A stretch of DNA of 64,000 bases from Ramazzottius varieornatus (taxonomy: Eukaryota; Animalia; Tardigrada). This document shows positions 40,401 through 53,900 of this stretch, one piece after another. The stretch spans positions 3,691,777 to 3,755,776 of the forward strand of contig BDGG01000004.1 in assembly GCA_001949185.1 (NCBI GenBank), given 5' to 3'. The notes under the pieces were generated by a model. It searched no databases and had not been told where the DNA came from. It was given only the letters and a program-made list of their open reading frames with translations. Both the position numbers and the translations under genes were made by a program. Numbering within the stretch: the stretch's first letter is position 1; the number at the start of each line of letters is the position of its first letter.

Positions 40401-43400
40401 TCTTCATACAACTCCCGTAGACTTAACGGGCGCGAGTAGTATCGACTGGGTTCCTGGGCGTCGCCCTGAGCGTGGTTGACAGGACTCATGTCAGGTTCTT
40501 CAGGCAAAACACTGTAATCAGACACTAGGTAGTCGTTTTGTATGGCTCGACGATCTGGAAGGTAGTCGGTGGTGATGGGGAGGGAAGCTGGAATGGTCAG
40601 GGCTTTCCAATCAACACCGGTAGTCATGTTGGGCGACCACTCCATCTCACCGGTGATACCCCAAACGTAAGACTTCTTCGTGCCGATGGTTTTCTTGTGT
40701 TCGTTACCCCAGATGCCGGTCGACAGCGCCGGGCTTCCACGGACGTCAGAGGCAGCTCGGTTAGTCTTGATCCGCCTTGGAGACTTGACGGCCGCGTCAG
40801 AGCCTCCAACTAGAACACAACAGCATGTTGGAAGACCGGCAAAAGTAACCAAAGCAGCCATCTGTAACGCACCTGCATACCATGGTCCCCATATTTACGA
40901 CGGAAATATGCAGGTGTATGACACGACTTTGGCTTGGTCGCACTTCTACCACTGTTAGGCAACTTCATCAAAACTTAACGAAAATTCCAATGTGAAATCA
41001 AGTGAAATTCACGTCGCGACGAACCTCCAACTTCCTCTTCGATGGTGGAGCCTTCGTCGCCATCGCCATCTCTAATCGGCTCACTGTTTACACGATCGCC
41101 ATCGTCCAACGGGCGAACCCTCGAGGAAGGTGACTCTGTGTCCCTGGCGCCGTCACTTGCTGGGCTCTTCGACAGTGTGTTTTGAGCATCTTCGGAGTGA
41201 GAAGTACCGCGGAAGTGATGAGTTTGCACTGCAGCACCGGAGGTGTCTGTCGGAAAGATGTCCACCCACCTGCGCCTGTTCGACGTCAGCTTGACCGGGA
41301 TCTTTGAAGGCGCCAGAGGGTTGATGAGCGATCGCTGATGTCGCGGGTTGGGTGACTTGGTGGGCTTCCTCTGTTGATCCGAGAGAGGCTGCTCGAGAGG
41401 CTTATTCTCCAAGATCTTGGTTGCGTTCGGGCGAAGAGCTGCAAAAATAGTGAGATATATAAAGAAGAGTTTTGACTATGACAACTACGTTTTCGTCTGA
41501 GATTTTGATCAGTTTTCACTCACGATTGGCAGTTTCTAAGGACGAAGAGAGAAGGAAAGATCCATGGACAGCTTCGACTCCAGAAGCCACCTGAGTTCTT
41601 GATTCACCCAGAAGAAACTTTTGGGCGAAGTTGACTGGTCCCGCAGCGCTTTCCGAGAGTCTTCTTCCGCCGCGAGGACGATTTCCCTGTAGTTTTCCCG
41701 TATTCTTGTTCTTGCGACGATTTGGCGTCGAAGCCACATCAGTGTCCATCTTTTCCGTCGGTGCGGGTTCTTCCATCAACGGAGTACCGTTATGTATTGC
41801 GGCAAGGACTTTTTCTGGAATCCGGATGCGCGGTACAAAAACATGCGGGTCTGCCTAAGATACCAGAATACCAACTAGGAAAGTCGTGATGAAAACGTAC
41901 TGTTTCAAGACGAATTCACTATACAAGAAAATGAAGTGTTCTGATACTCAAAAAATTCGGAGCTCCCCAACGCAAACTCGACAAGACTGTTTTTCAAGCA
42001 GCGCATGTCTTCAGTGTGATTGCCTAAGAGGATGCGTTACTTGGAATGAAAATTTTGTCGAGCTGTCTGCCAAGCATCCAATTATCAGTTTACAAGAATA
42101 TAGTAAGATACAAAGCTAAATTAATAGATATGTTTCATAGTGGTGACAAGCTTACATCTTTCGATGTGTAATACGAGTAGTTAAGCCAGTTCGGAATAGC
42201 GTAGTCCACCGGCTCCTCGATGCCCGATTTCTTCCAGTTGCGCTTGTTGTGCAGGATGAAGAGCGGTACCACGTGCAGTGGCTGTTCTCCCATGAAAACC
42301 AAGTCATTACCGATTCCGTAATCTATGGACTTTTGCTTGGTCAAAGTCAGAAGCTCTCGGTCAACTTCGAAGACGCCCGTCGACGGTGTGATCACGACAC
42401 ACATTTGGCCAGTGCGTTCAAAGCTTCGATCCACGGTGTGCTTCTCGAACACGTTCAGGCCCATATTGAGCACTTCTAGCACATTCCCTTCGGACGCGGA
42501 GCTGTTGTATGCGCGAGGAAGCTGCACCCCGGGATGGTTGTGAAAGTTCAAGACTGTTTTATTGTATGAATGGAAGATGGTTTTGAGCTTAATCAACGCG
42601 AAAGTCCAGTCATCGTACTTCTCGTTCTGGACTACGATCCGATAGAAGTCTTCGTAGAAACGGTCTTTGTAGTCTCGTAACAACCCTTCCCGCATTTTAC
42701 AAGGAAATTCTTCCAAACTGTCGGCATCGTAGAAGGTACGAGAAAACATGACAATCGTTACGTCATGGTTAGCCTGTTGCTTCTGCCATTTCTTGAAGAG
42801 GTCCGTCAGGAATCCCTTTATCGATTTCTCAAAGTACAGATCTCCGTAGTGGTCGAACTGCAACAGACACGCTTAACTAACATACTCGAACTCTATCTGA
42901 CCCACAACAATTTCTGTACTCGTACAAATTTTACCTCCCACATTTCGACGCTCATCTGCAAAAATCATCTCGTTCATATTTACTATACACCGTACTAGAC
43001 ATAATTCCGTGATGGTAATTTGATGCAAGTATTACCTGTATGAAGATGTAGACGTTCGCGGTCATGGAGCGGTAAACGATTTTTGTGTTTTCTCCGATAG
43101 TTCCACAGGCGACGCGACCACCTTTAGCCCACATTTCATGAACGGTAGTTCGACCACACCCAAACTCCAGCTTCTTGTGAAGATGAGCACACGAACCAAC
43201 AAGCGCATTGCGGTTCCGCCACATATCGCTTCGGCTAAAGTACTGGTCCTAAAAGCCCAGCACTCGATCACCTAGTACATAGTAATTCAACACAAAAGCA
43301 TAGCGGTAGGCCGCGGAGGACCAACCTTCAGGGTCAGCTCCAGGAGGTTCAGTTCGACTTCCTTGAATGGCACCGGCTTCACGATAACGTTCTGGTACGC

Positions 43401-43995
43401 TCTTAGCTGAAAAGTCTTTGCGATCGAATCCTCCACCGAAATCGTGTCTGGAGCAGACAAGTTGTTTCTGGTTTTGCAGAGTCTTTATAAGGCTTCTAGA
43501 ACCTCGTCTTACTAACGGACTGACTTACTGTGGCCCACATCCGCCCTGAAACTGGTGTTCTTCACTTGAAGCAGAAGCCGGCTGAACTCGTCTTCCACAT
43601 GATAAATTTCAACAATATCTCCGTCTTTCAGGTCTGGAAAATCTCGTGCGCTCAACCGTAGCTCGTCTCCACCTTTTGTTTCTTCTGCAACAAGGCAACG
43701 ACGTCACAGATTCATAATTGGAAACTCTAACATCCCGCAACTGACGTAGGACGTCATTCATCAAACTACTGAAAGTGGAAATCAACGTGCACTGCGAGGC
43801 TGGCTCATGACGTAACCATCGAAATGAAAACAGCTGATAAGTCAGCTGATCCATGTAAAGTTCCATTCACGACAGAGACAATAGCATCTCCAGGTAAGGT
43901 CGTTCCTCACCTCCCGGCGTTCCCGCTCGTCCCATCGTCACCGTGTGTATCTGGAACTTGCAGATCCGCATTCCTATCGGCGCGGATCCGTCCAT
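37426..43995 (-). CDS. DEPDC5: GATOR1 complex subunit DEPDC5/Iml1
   Basis: [79 protein letters not shown], a DEP domain, and C-terminal [24 protein letters not shown]. Confidence 0.96.
38015..38130. mobile_element. Fold-back MITE-like element, family A copy 1 (DEPDC5 intron 37921-38152)
   Basis: Left arm GGAAGCTCGGCAAAC...CTCAAGTGGCACAC; right arm GTGCGCCACTTGGAAAAACGATC...CCGAGTTCCC (imperfect inverted repeat). Confidence 0.75.
38869..38930. repeat. Small fold-back repeat, family B copy 1 (DEPDC5 intron 38761-38986)
   Basis: TCATACACCTGCATACG ... CATGCAGGTACATGA inverted repeat; shares the CACCTGCATA/TGCAGGT core with 40870-40921. Confidence 0.5.
39944..40078. mobile_element. Fold-back MITE-like element, family A copy 2 (best preserved; DEPDC5 intron 39921-40151)
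   Basis: ATGGGAGCTCGGCAAACAAATTGACCGGATCGTTTTCTCAAGTGGCGCA ...32 nt... TGCGCCACTTGAAGAAAAACGATCTGGTCGAGCTTGCTTGCCGAGCTAGTCCCA. Confidence 0.85.
40870..40921. repeat. Small fold-back repeat, family B copy 2 (DEPDC5 intron ~40810-41012)
   Basis: CACCTGCATA ... TATGCAGGTG perfect 10-bp inverted repeat; the right end TATGCAGGTGTATGA is the reverse complement of the copy 1 left arm. Confidence 0.5.
41959..42080. mobile_element. Fold-back MITE-like element, family A copy 3 (degenerate; DEPDC5 intron 41855-42155)
   Basis: GGAGCTC...CTCGACAAGACTGTTTTTCAAGCAGCGCAT / ATGCGTTACTTGGAA...TTTTGTCGAGCTGTCTGCCAAGCATCCA. Confidence 0.6.
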
Positions 43996-44740
43996 CGTGA
44001 TTCGTGACCAGCTGATTGCTCAAAAGTCAACATAGATCGAGAACACTTCCACCATCGGAATAACTTTTCTTCGCCCTCAAACTGTGCAGCGGAGACAGAT
44101 GCATCTTGCCGCCGTTTTCAAGCTGTAATAGAAGCTACACTAAATGCACGAGAAAGTCCTTGGTAAAGCCTGTGGAAAACAGCAATTCGGTGCAAAGTTT
44201 CAAACTCCAAAGTTTTCATCCATCAGTGGCGTAGTCCAAAACGAAAACAACCGAGCTACATGGGCCAGCGGCAGAGTAGAACAGTAAGGCGTGGCCAGAT
44301 GACGTCACAGGGAGCGAGTACGAAATTAAAGAATAGTCGAGAGTTTGCGAAAAGTAAAGTTCGCCTTTGGGGCCTCCCGGGGCTAACGCAGGTCACTGCT
44401 GAACGCTCATGACCTGAGACTCTCACCTGTCTGAGATTTTCGTGTCTGACTATGACAGGCTCTAACTTCATCGCAGATCTTCGGAGCTCGGACATATCTT
44501 CATCGACGATCGCAGCCTCACTTCACATTGCGCACATCCATTCCCTTTGGCCCTGGGGGAGCAGATCGTGCCATAGTGTTCCCACTCTGAGAGGACAGCG
44601 AGTCTTAGAAGTTTACACAGCGCAGTGAAGCTGTGTATTCCGCCTTCAGCTGCTATAACCATCGTGATCGTGTCTCGATACTAGATACTGATTCTGCTTA
44701 CCTTATCTTCTCCGCTTCGCACTCAATGAGCTTTCAGATC

Positions 44741-47604
44741 ATGGAGGACGACTATGGAAAGTTTTACAGCAAGAATGGAGGGGATAGAATGGCCCTCCGT
44801 GCCGGACGATTTGGACCACGTCGGAAACACAGTACGTAACATATCGCTCCTTCAAGCTGCCTCTGTGAATACCTTTTTAGATATCGTTCTGGTCTTTGTA
44901 GCGAGTATGCCGTACAAGCTGGATCGAGAAGGCGACGCTCAGATGGGAGACGGACCACCCCCTTCCACTTCCACAGCAACTATCGAGAATCGGGAGCCGC
45001 GCTCAATGTATGCCGTTTGTTTCTTTGGTTGACCGTAGCTTGCTCTTCTGACAGGATCGATCTTGCTTAAAGGGGCTTAAATCCCGGTATGGGACGACCA
45101 ACGGGACGTGGACGAAGCACATCCGTGACGATACCAGCCAAAGGAGGTAACGTTTATGTTTTGGTTACCAAGTTATCTCGGTACCCAAACGTGATGGGCT
45201 GTTTTGCTTGCCCTACCAGATGTGTTTTCTCGACTTGGGGCTCGACCTGGCAGAGAGTCGTTTCCAGTGGGAGCTCGTGGTCGAGAACGACCACGCATCA
45301 TCCACCATGGTGGCCGTCGTCCAGTAGCTGACTGGTTCAAAATAAAGGTGAGCTATTGATGTTCATTAGCCAGCAGTATTCTACTCATCTTCAATCATAT
45401 GTTTCGTCTATTCGAGCGTTATCACTACTTTGGCTGAACGGAATCGTATAATTTCTTTGATCCTTTTCCAGTTGCTCGGGGCAGCGCAGGTTGATCGAAA
45501 CTGGGTGATGAAATCCCTTCAGGATCAGCTCACCATTCCTCTCACTCCTGTGCAGGTCTGTCCCTTCACGCATTCATACTGTAAGACTGGTACGTGTTTT
45601 GTCAAGATCTAATACGATCCCAGGTGGTTACGGACGGAAACTCGCTTGTGTTCCATGTCAACAGTCGTCCACTGTCCGAACAGCTTCGTGGACTTCACAG
45701 AGTACTTACGTTTCCAACAGGAAGCAAAGTTAGTCCATCCTGTACAACAATATTATCTAAACTTTCTTGGCCTGTGCCACTCTGAAACTACAGTTCCCCT
45801 TTGAATTTCCAGATAGCAATCCAAGTCAACAACTCTCAAGCTCCGACACTTCATCTTGACGACAATGTTAAAGAAAAGATCAAGTCCGTCATGGCTTCCC
45901 GCTACAACCCCGCAATGAAGTTTCTAGACCTTCGAAACTTCGCCGAGGACGCCGAGTTCAAGAAGGACAACCTGAGTGTCCATCTCACTCGTCGGAATAT
46001 CATGACTGCCGTAGTCGACCTGATCATCTCCAACGTGTCAGACCTGCAGTCTCTCGACCTCAGTGGTAACAAGATAAACGAGCTCAACGCCTTCGCTACT
46101 CTGGGTGGGAAGATTCCTCTGAAGACTCTGAACCTCAGCGACAACGTCATACCTCGCGTGTACGAGATCGACCGACTGAAGACCTTCACTTCACTGACCG
46201 ACCTGGACCTCTCACGGAACCCGGCTCGGGGAGAATACAGGGATAACTCGTCGTATGTGGAGAATGTCCGAAAGAGACTGCCGAACCTGCTGAGGCTGGA
46301 CGGTGTGCTGCTACCGAAGAAGATTGGCTTTGACGCACCAGTGAGAGCTGCATTGCCGGTGCCCACTCCCTTCCATGTACCTAATGAAGAGGCAAAACAA
46401 CAGCTGACCACTTTCGTACAGCAGTTTTTCCAGTGCTATGATACACAGAGAAATCATCTGACTGCAGCTTATGCAGTGGATGGGCAGTTCTCTTACCAGT
46501 ACACCTTGTCCAGTGACAGGTAAAACCATAAGGTCGATTCTCTGAAAATCAAACTTAGATCTGGAGCAAAAACGATGTTCAGCGCATTCGTACTTCTGCC
46601 CTTGTTCTACGATGTATCCGTCAAGGCCGTGCTCGGCGCGGACTTGACAAGTGTTGCTGTAGGAAAGGGGCACAAGTGCGCACGAAATATACCTCCTCAC
46701 GTCTGTCAGGTTCTGTTGTAGTACGAACTGAGTTTGGTTGTTGATTCTGCAGAACGTCGGCCTACCAAAGTGGTCGTAACCTTCAGTTTATCGAAGAAAA
46801 CTCGTGGCGAACCAAGCGGCTTCACATTGGTCCCACAAACATCGTCAGTTTCTTCAACACTTTACCATCCACAGCCCACTTGTTTGAATCTTTCACTATG
46901 GACGTTTTCTTCAATGAAAACTCTTTGGTTGGCTTTGCTGTTGCTGGTCTCTTCCGAGAAGGTCAACGTATTTCAGTTTTTGGTTATTTTCTTTGGCGAG
47001 TGAGATGACTCCGAATCTTGTTGCAGACTACGTCAGCCCTACAAAGAAAGGAACGCTTCGGTCGTTCTGTCGAAATTTTGTGGTGAGAATCGATCCAAAC
47101 GGGTAAGACTAAGACTTTCTTTCCTGATCTTCAAAGCTGCTAATGCATAATAAGTAAGCCTTTCATTTTTAGGTTGAGCATTATCTCTGACACGCTAAGC
47201 ATTGCAAGTCCCACGCTCGAGCAAATGAAGCAGTTTGGCAATGTCGCCGTTGTAAAGCCCGAAAGTATCCCTCACCCATCAGCCTCACATGCACAGTCAC
47301 CGCAACCGACTTCGTCTCATGCTACTGACGATAGTATGAAGGAGTTAATGGTGGCGCAGTTCGCCAGGGAAAGCGGGATGAACCTACACTTCAGCCGAAT
47401 GTAAGTCCCTCGAATCGATCATTAGCTTTGGGTTGTCGCAATCGCGTAATCCGAGAAGGAATGGTAATGAGTAGAGAATGCTAAGCTTGTATCTTGCGTT
47501 CCAGGGCTCTAGACGACAATGGATGGGATTACGCAAAAGCTGCTACGGTCTTCACTGAGCTTCGATCCCAGAATAAACTTCCGGCGGAAGCGTTTGTCAA
47601 ATAA
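44741..47604 (+). CDS. NXF1: Nuclear RNA export factor 1 (TAP/Mex67 family)
   Basis: Arg/Gly-rich N-terminus, RRM (WFKIK...), MASRYN...LDL, LRRs (LQSLDLSGNKI, LDLSRNP), LLRLDG...IGFD, NTF2-like domain (FFQCYD, GRNL, LPSTAH, LRSFCRNF), UBA/TAP-C (SGMNLHFSR, DNGWDYAKA...LPAEAF). Confidence 0.93.
46589..46680 (+). other. Extended RNA stem-loop in NXF1 intron 46520-46752
   Basis: CGTACTT/AAGTGCG, GCCCTT/AGGGGC, TTCTAC/GTAGGA, GTCAAG/CTTGAC and CCGTGC/GCGCGG helices nested around a TCG loop. Non-Watson-Crick positions inside the helices are G-U on the sense strand. Confidence 0.7.
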
Positions 47605-47925
47605 GAAGAACCGGCTGCTGCAGTTTTTACTCTCGCTTTTGAGTGGTACATTAGTTACTGTAAGCAAATCTTTCTCACGTGGACATTTTCCGGAATGCAT
47701 ACTTTCTTGTGTTGCTGTTCGGGCAAACTTGTTCTCACCAAGTAAAAAAGACACTGGAAATTGACCATATTGGTGCATAAGCTGCCATAAAAAAATCAAA
47801 CGGTGAAAGCATTTCCGGTTCGAGTTAGGGTAGTGAATAACAGTGATCAGTTAAGAATACTTGTAAAGTGAAAATGTTGGCGCAAAAAATTGGCAGGAAA
47901 GCCGAACGGGTGCTGAACTGAAAAC

Positions 47926-50900
47926 TCATCGGGTGTAGTACACACGGTAGTAGAGGGTTTTCGAGCGCCACAGGGAGAAGGAATTGTCGAACTTTAGCAA
48001 ATATACTCCTTGACGTGCTGGATAGAGATGGCTTCCAGCCACAACTTCTTCGTGACAATCGCGACGATAAACCGGAATAATTTCATCAATCGGCACACCG
48101 GATGCATTACGCCCCGCGGCTGACGCCGGACCTTTTTCCGGATCATTTACTGCAAAAACACATCCAGATAACATTAAACTGTCGAAAGCGCGGCTTAGAC
48201 ACATCGCTCATATACTGTACGTGCCTCCTTCGATACCTTCCCCGTCCAGGTCCTCGTCCTCCTCGTCGCTCTCCGATACATGGATGGTAACACGACTATC
48301 ATTTCCGTTCTGGCTCCATTCGAAGAACAGCCCGAAACCGAGATCGTAACTACAGCACATAGGATCCATCAACTTTCATAACAAGGAAATTCAGTAAAGA
48401 TATCAGTTGGGAGACTGGCAAACGAAACATACACCACCCTGGCGCACGCTTCCAGGCTCCAGCCAACAATAAAAGTGTGCACATCTTCGGATGACAATCT
48501 CGTATGTTTCGTTTGTCGACCTCCCAGATTCTTAATCTTTGAAATTTATCTTCGTTTATATTCGGGAAAGTGGCACACGTAGAACAGTGAGCTGAGGTTT
48601 TCGATCGTTCCAAGGCGAAATGTCATGAGATTGATACTTATGAACGTATGGTCGTCGGTCTAAAGTAAATCGATAAATCATTAACAACACCTACCTGTCC
48701 GTGGCGAATTCCCAGAAGAGATAGTTTCCTTCTGGATGAGTCGGCACGCGGATGGTTACCGTCTCGCCCTGGCCCACCTTCAGGATACCCTCGGCTCCTT
48801 CCTTCTTGACAGAGTCTTTGAACTCTTTGATATCTTTGCGGGTCCAGATCGATGCGGCTTGGATGTTGGCTCCGACCCCCGATCCTAGAGCCATCACGTC
48901 TCCTTCGTGCTCCACTTCATTACCACTGGCATCTTCTCCTAGAAAACAGAGTTTGCTTTGACTGTTTACAGCCGACAAACACTAGACTAACGAAGTGTCT
49001 CAAACCTGCTTGATCGACAGGGTTTTCGTTGAGGACATGGCTGGTATCGCCGTTCGCCAGCTGCTGTCCGCCTTTGGCTTGGAACTCCATCCAGTATTTC
49101 ATATACTGCTGGAAATGCTCTTCCTGGAGTCTCTCTATCAGAAGCTTTTGCTGTAACCAGAAAGAAAGGGACCGTCAAAACGAGGAACCAAAAGCCAAGA
49201 GTGGGATCAAGATCCGACGATGTAACGTGATCTTTTTGCAGATGCATCAGATGATTTACTTCAGCCACAACATCTCAGACATGCCTGGCCTAATGACAGC
49301 AACGCTACTTATTTGTGCAATTATCGATTTTCTTACAGTGATGTATCTTTCCTGCTTCTATGCTTCCACGGTCTCTAGGTTTCCCGACTTGACATACGCC
49401 GCGCTACACACACAGAGAGAGAGAGAGAGCTTCAAGGGTCTGATCTATGCACTACGTAACATAACAGATCAAGTCGATTTTGTTCCATCGTGGTCTTCCT
49501 TGCCTCCATGGCCTCAGCCAGCTTCCCTGTTTTTACCGGCAACGACACCGAAGCCTTTGTTTGGAGCCTCTGGAGAAACCCTCTGTTGGAAATGCAGCCG
49601 GAAGTAATATCCGGCCGGCTGGATACCACATAAAGGATCGCCCGCTTGCAAATGAAAGCTCAAAGTTGTTTTACGTACTTGCTGCCCCATTATGCCATGG
49701 TCTCGGTAGGCTGATACCCAGACACCTGTGCGTAGCAAGACGATCCGCCAAAACCAAGCAAAGAGGAACAATAGATGGGCGAATCCACAACACGTAGTGT
49801 AACTCGAAATGCTCAACCAGCCAAAACGTCGTCATATGTGAACCATAAACCTTCCTAGTTTATTTACCCGCTTTTCTATTTACCCGCTTTTCCAGATTTC
49901 TTGCAGACTACACGGGTCTTCCTTTCTGGATCTCTAGCGCTATGCGGTAGACGTCAAATTTTTAGAATCTGGAGCTCTTCTAAACGTGCGCATAATCGAT
50001 TCAACCGTCCTGGACGACCTACTGAGTTTATCCGATATATTTCTGTAAGTCCAACTCGGGCTGGATGTTCACCGAGTTCAAAGCTAACGAGTCCCGAGCG
50101 CCAGCAATTTTGAGTTTGCACGCAGCATAGCTAGGACGATTAAGGCCCCATCAAGCATTTAAATCACGCGGGAACAGAGCGGATTTGGAATACAGATGCG
50201 ATCCGTAGCCAGATGATAGCTTTATCGCTCCCGGCGTAAGTCCTAACTACATCACAACCATGCTCGCGCGTTCTCCTAACTCAAACGAAGATTTCGGCTA
50301 CTACTGAGAAGGTCTTTTAAGAGATACGACCCTGAAGGTGACTGATCGTGAACATCAAACGTGATGTAAATTAGGCGATGTTGTCCCGTAATTGCTTGGG
50401 CCTCGCCTTCTTTCAACGTTTACTGTCAGACTCTTCAATCACGATTGTTGCTTGCCGTAAACCGCATGGAGAATGAAGGAACAGGAAGGCTCTCGAACAA
50501 AAACTTGTGCTGTCAAGTAACAACGTCGGCAATTTTGTCAAGATTGTGTGCGTGTCACTCACACATCATGCGCATCCAGGACGAGTGGCAAGCCAGAGAT
50601 CGATGCCCATGCCTAATGGGATCATCCGGGCCAAGACCGCGTTTACCCAATTTCTTCCTTTGTTCCCCATACTGCCCCTATCTGATCTATCCTTCCTCGA
50701 CCAAAGAAGCCCTCTTAATTTTCCAGCAGCGCCTTCATTGTCCGCTGAATTACGCTAGGCCTCTCATTGTAAATTGGTCCCCAAAGTCGACGATCGAGAA
50801 CCTGACCCTCGAAACTTCGCACTTCCCTCTCAGTTTCCTCTCGGACAGCCCTTCTCTCCCGACACGACAACAAACTAACGAATGTACTTTAGACGTACCT

Positions 50901-53900
50901 CGTCCGGTTTCCCGGGAAGCTGTTGTTCACAAAAGGCACGAAACTGAAAACAGAAAAGTTCCAAATCAGCACTGAGATCAGAGACCTCCAACGAACACTC
51001 ACTGCTGAAATGCCAGTCGTCACAATGGGACAAGTCAGCCATTATACCTGGTGCAACGTTTGCAGGTTCAGAGCATCTTTTATACACCTCTCCTGTTCTG
51101 GTGTGAGCGTAATGGATGATCCTTCTTCGCTTACGGTCGACGACTCTGCGGAATCTGTTCTTCTCTTTACTTGCAGTTCTTCCGATTCCCGCCTGAATTA
51201 AAACCCATAACAAGACTTATTAGCTTTAACATTGACCGAAATCAAAAAGATGTAAGTGTCTAAAAAATTCGCCCATAATTACCCATTTTCTTCCGGCGTT
51301 TGCCGGTCGCGCTTATGTGCTTCTATATAGGGCTTGAACAGCGGACACAGGATATCCAGGAGATCCACAAAGCGAATCATGGCGTCTTCTTTGCTCATAT
51401 CACCCAAACTTGCCCAGGCTTGCCTGCAAAAAGGAAGAACCGCTAGAGAAGGCATATAAGGTCGTAACACCCGAGCAAAAAAGGACAACCGAAACGGCAC
51501 TATCGAACACGACAGGATGATTTCTTTCGCGCAGTTTACATGCTGAAGTGAAATTGACAAAAAGCACTTTGGCAGACAATAAAGAAGGAACCATCTGCTA
51601 CCGAACCAGCCAATATATCCTCCCTGATTCCGACATTGTCAACATGAAAAGCGACGGACGCACAGGGTAAATGCAATTAGTCATCAAAAGGGAAAAAAGT
51701 GCTTCATTTGCTCCTGATGAAGTTTCACTTGATGTGCACCGGCGAAAACAATCTAAGAAGTCTCATGCTTCGAAACATCAATCACTCTGCACGACCTTCA
51801 TATTTGACACCAGTTTCCCATAAGTCTTGGACGAGATGTAATTTCAGTACTATGGACCCCAGTTTGCTGTCAACTTGCGCAAAAGTAATGTAAAACATTT
51901 TAAATTCCGAAGTTGATATTACTTCCGGGTGTACTTTTCTCCACAAGGGACCTGTTCGCCTGTGAGACCGAAAGCAGATACTACCGAAAAAAGAGTTTTT
52001 CGTTTAATAAATCACGAGGCAAATGTCAAGATTAATAAACAATGACATTTGGACAGGCAACAGAGCATGACATATAGTAGTGCTGTTTACATAGTAAGCG
52101 GATCATGACCATCCCAAAATTGAAGCGTTCAGCCCAATATCGGATCCAGCAGCATAGTTACCCAACTCGATCGCGACAAACAAGTCCCAATTTTTATGGC
52201 ATTACATTGAATCGAAATATCATCCTGTCATTCAACATTATCCTCGTATCGATAGACCGTTAGGCCAAGCGAAATCTCTGGAGAACTTCCTTATCTTCCG
52301 CTACTCCAGAAAACAACAGTTTCGCCCTCCCACTTGATTCCCATTCGAAAATTCACAATCAGGTTTCGCACGATCTTTTCACGTGAAACCGAACTGCGGT
52401 CGTACCAAGTTCTCTTTAATCTTCGGAAAAATACGCGGAAGTAGAAAGTTTACCTCGGTAAGATATTAGTTCTGTGTCGACTGAAACAAGGAAGTAATTT
52501 CAGAAACATACAGCTGAAAGATCGGAGAGCGAAAAACCCGATGGTTCTTCACATAGGAAGGTCCGAGTAGAAACGACCAGCAAATCGTCTATGCAATCTT
52601 AGAAACTAACTGCAGATTCAACTTCACTTGGGATTGTATAAACGACGCTAGCGGCGTGAGCGGTAAATCTCAAGACCGTTCAATCAGAATGTGCTCCTTC
52701 CGGCAACCGTTAAAAGTGCATGCAGCAAGCATTTCCGGAAACAGGACCCACTAAAGCGAAAGAAAGACTAGAAACAGCCGTCCATAAAGTTACTAACGAT
52801 CTGGGGGCACATATACGCACCCAGAACCATCTCATAGGCCAACCGTTCGAAGTGCTGCATCGCAGCAGGAGGTCTGGAGCGAGCAGCGTAGTTAACGCTA
52901 AACCACGCCTTTCGCGCGACGGGAGAACATAAACTACACACTGGCTAGTTCTGCTTCGAACAACCATGTTCAATCGCACACAGATTCATCACGAAGAAAT
53001 CATAATTGCTGTCGTTCACCACTACTATAATTGCAGCTCGCACCGTTCTCCTTACTCGCTACTGTCGCGGTCACCCAAAAGCCCGTTCATCCCGATGTAT
53101 TTTTTGAGTGCTCGCAAATTCAGAGTGGCGCTACCAAAAGAGACGTTTCTAATTATCTCGGAGGGATGCCAGTTCATTAATTTCGGACTAATGGAAAATT
53201 TTGCTTTTCCTGGTTTAGGTTGTACGTGCTTCCGGGTTCTGGATTCAGCTCCTGGCGCTAGCAGCTAGAAACCGATAAGGCGAATACCCCTAACACGTTG
53301 GTAGAACCGGCAAGAAGAGCGTACTGCTGTAGACTATTGTAGAGTAATTGGCCGTGGCAATCTGTGACGAAAGTCTTATCTTGTCAAACGCCATGTAGGC
53401 TGATGTCACAGCGATGCTGCTGACTACCGTGTCTACCCACGTGGCGACTTTCACATTCAGCCGACAGACCACTTGAAGTTTCTCACCAGCAAACTATCGA
53501 TGTCGATAGCCTAAGCAGTCAGCCACCTCTGTGGAAAGAGCTCCAGCCTGAAACGACAGCTTCAAACTGCAAAAATAAACCATCGTCCGCAAATAGACAC
53601 CGGTAAGTCAAACACGAACAACGGAAAGCGCCAAGACCAGCCTAGCCAAGATCCCCCCGATACATCTTTCCTCTTTCACCATTTCACGTAAGCCGGAATT
53701 ACCTCTCGACGGAATATCCGAACGAAGGCACTCAGACTTCCAACTGAAGAGTCCAACCATTCACGTATAGCATGCCGCATAAACTAACCTGACGATCGAC
53801 GGCCACTATAGTCCTACGAGTCGTTGATAGTCCTGCTGACCGTCGTGCTGGCATCGTATTTGCGTTCGACCGAGTATAATTCAGAGTTTTCTTACAGCAT

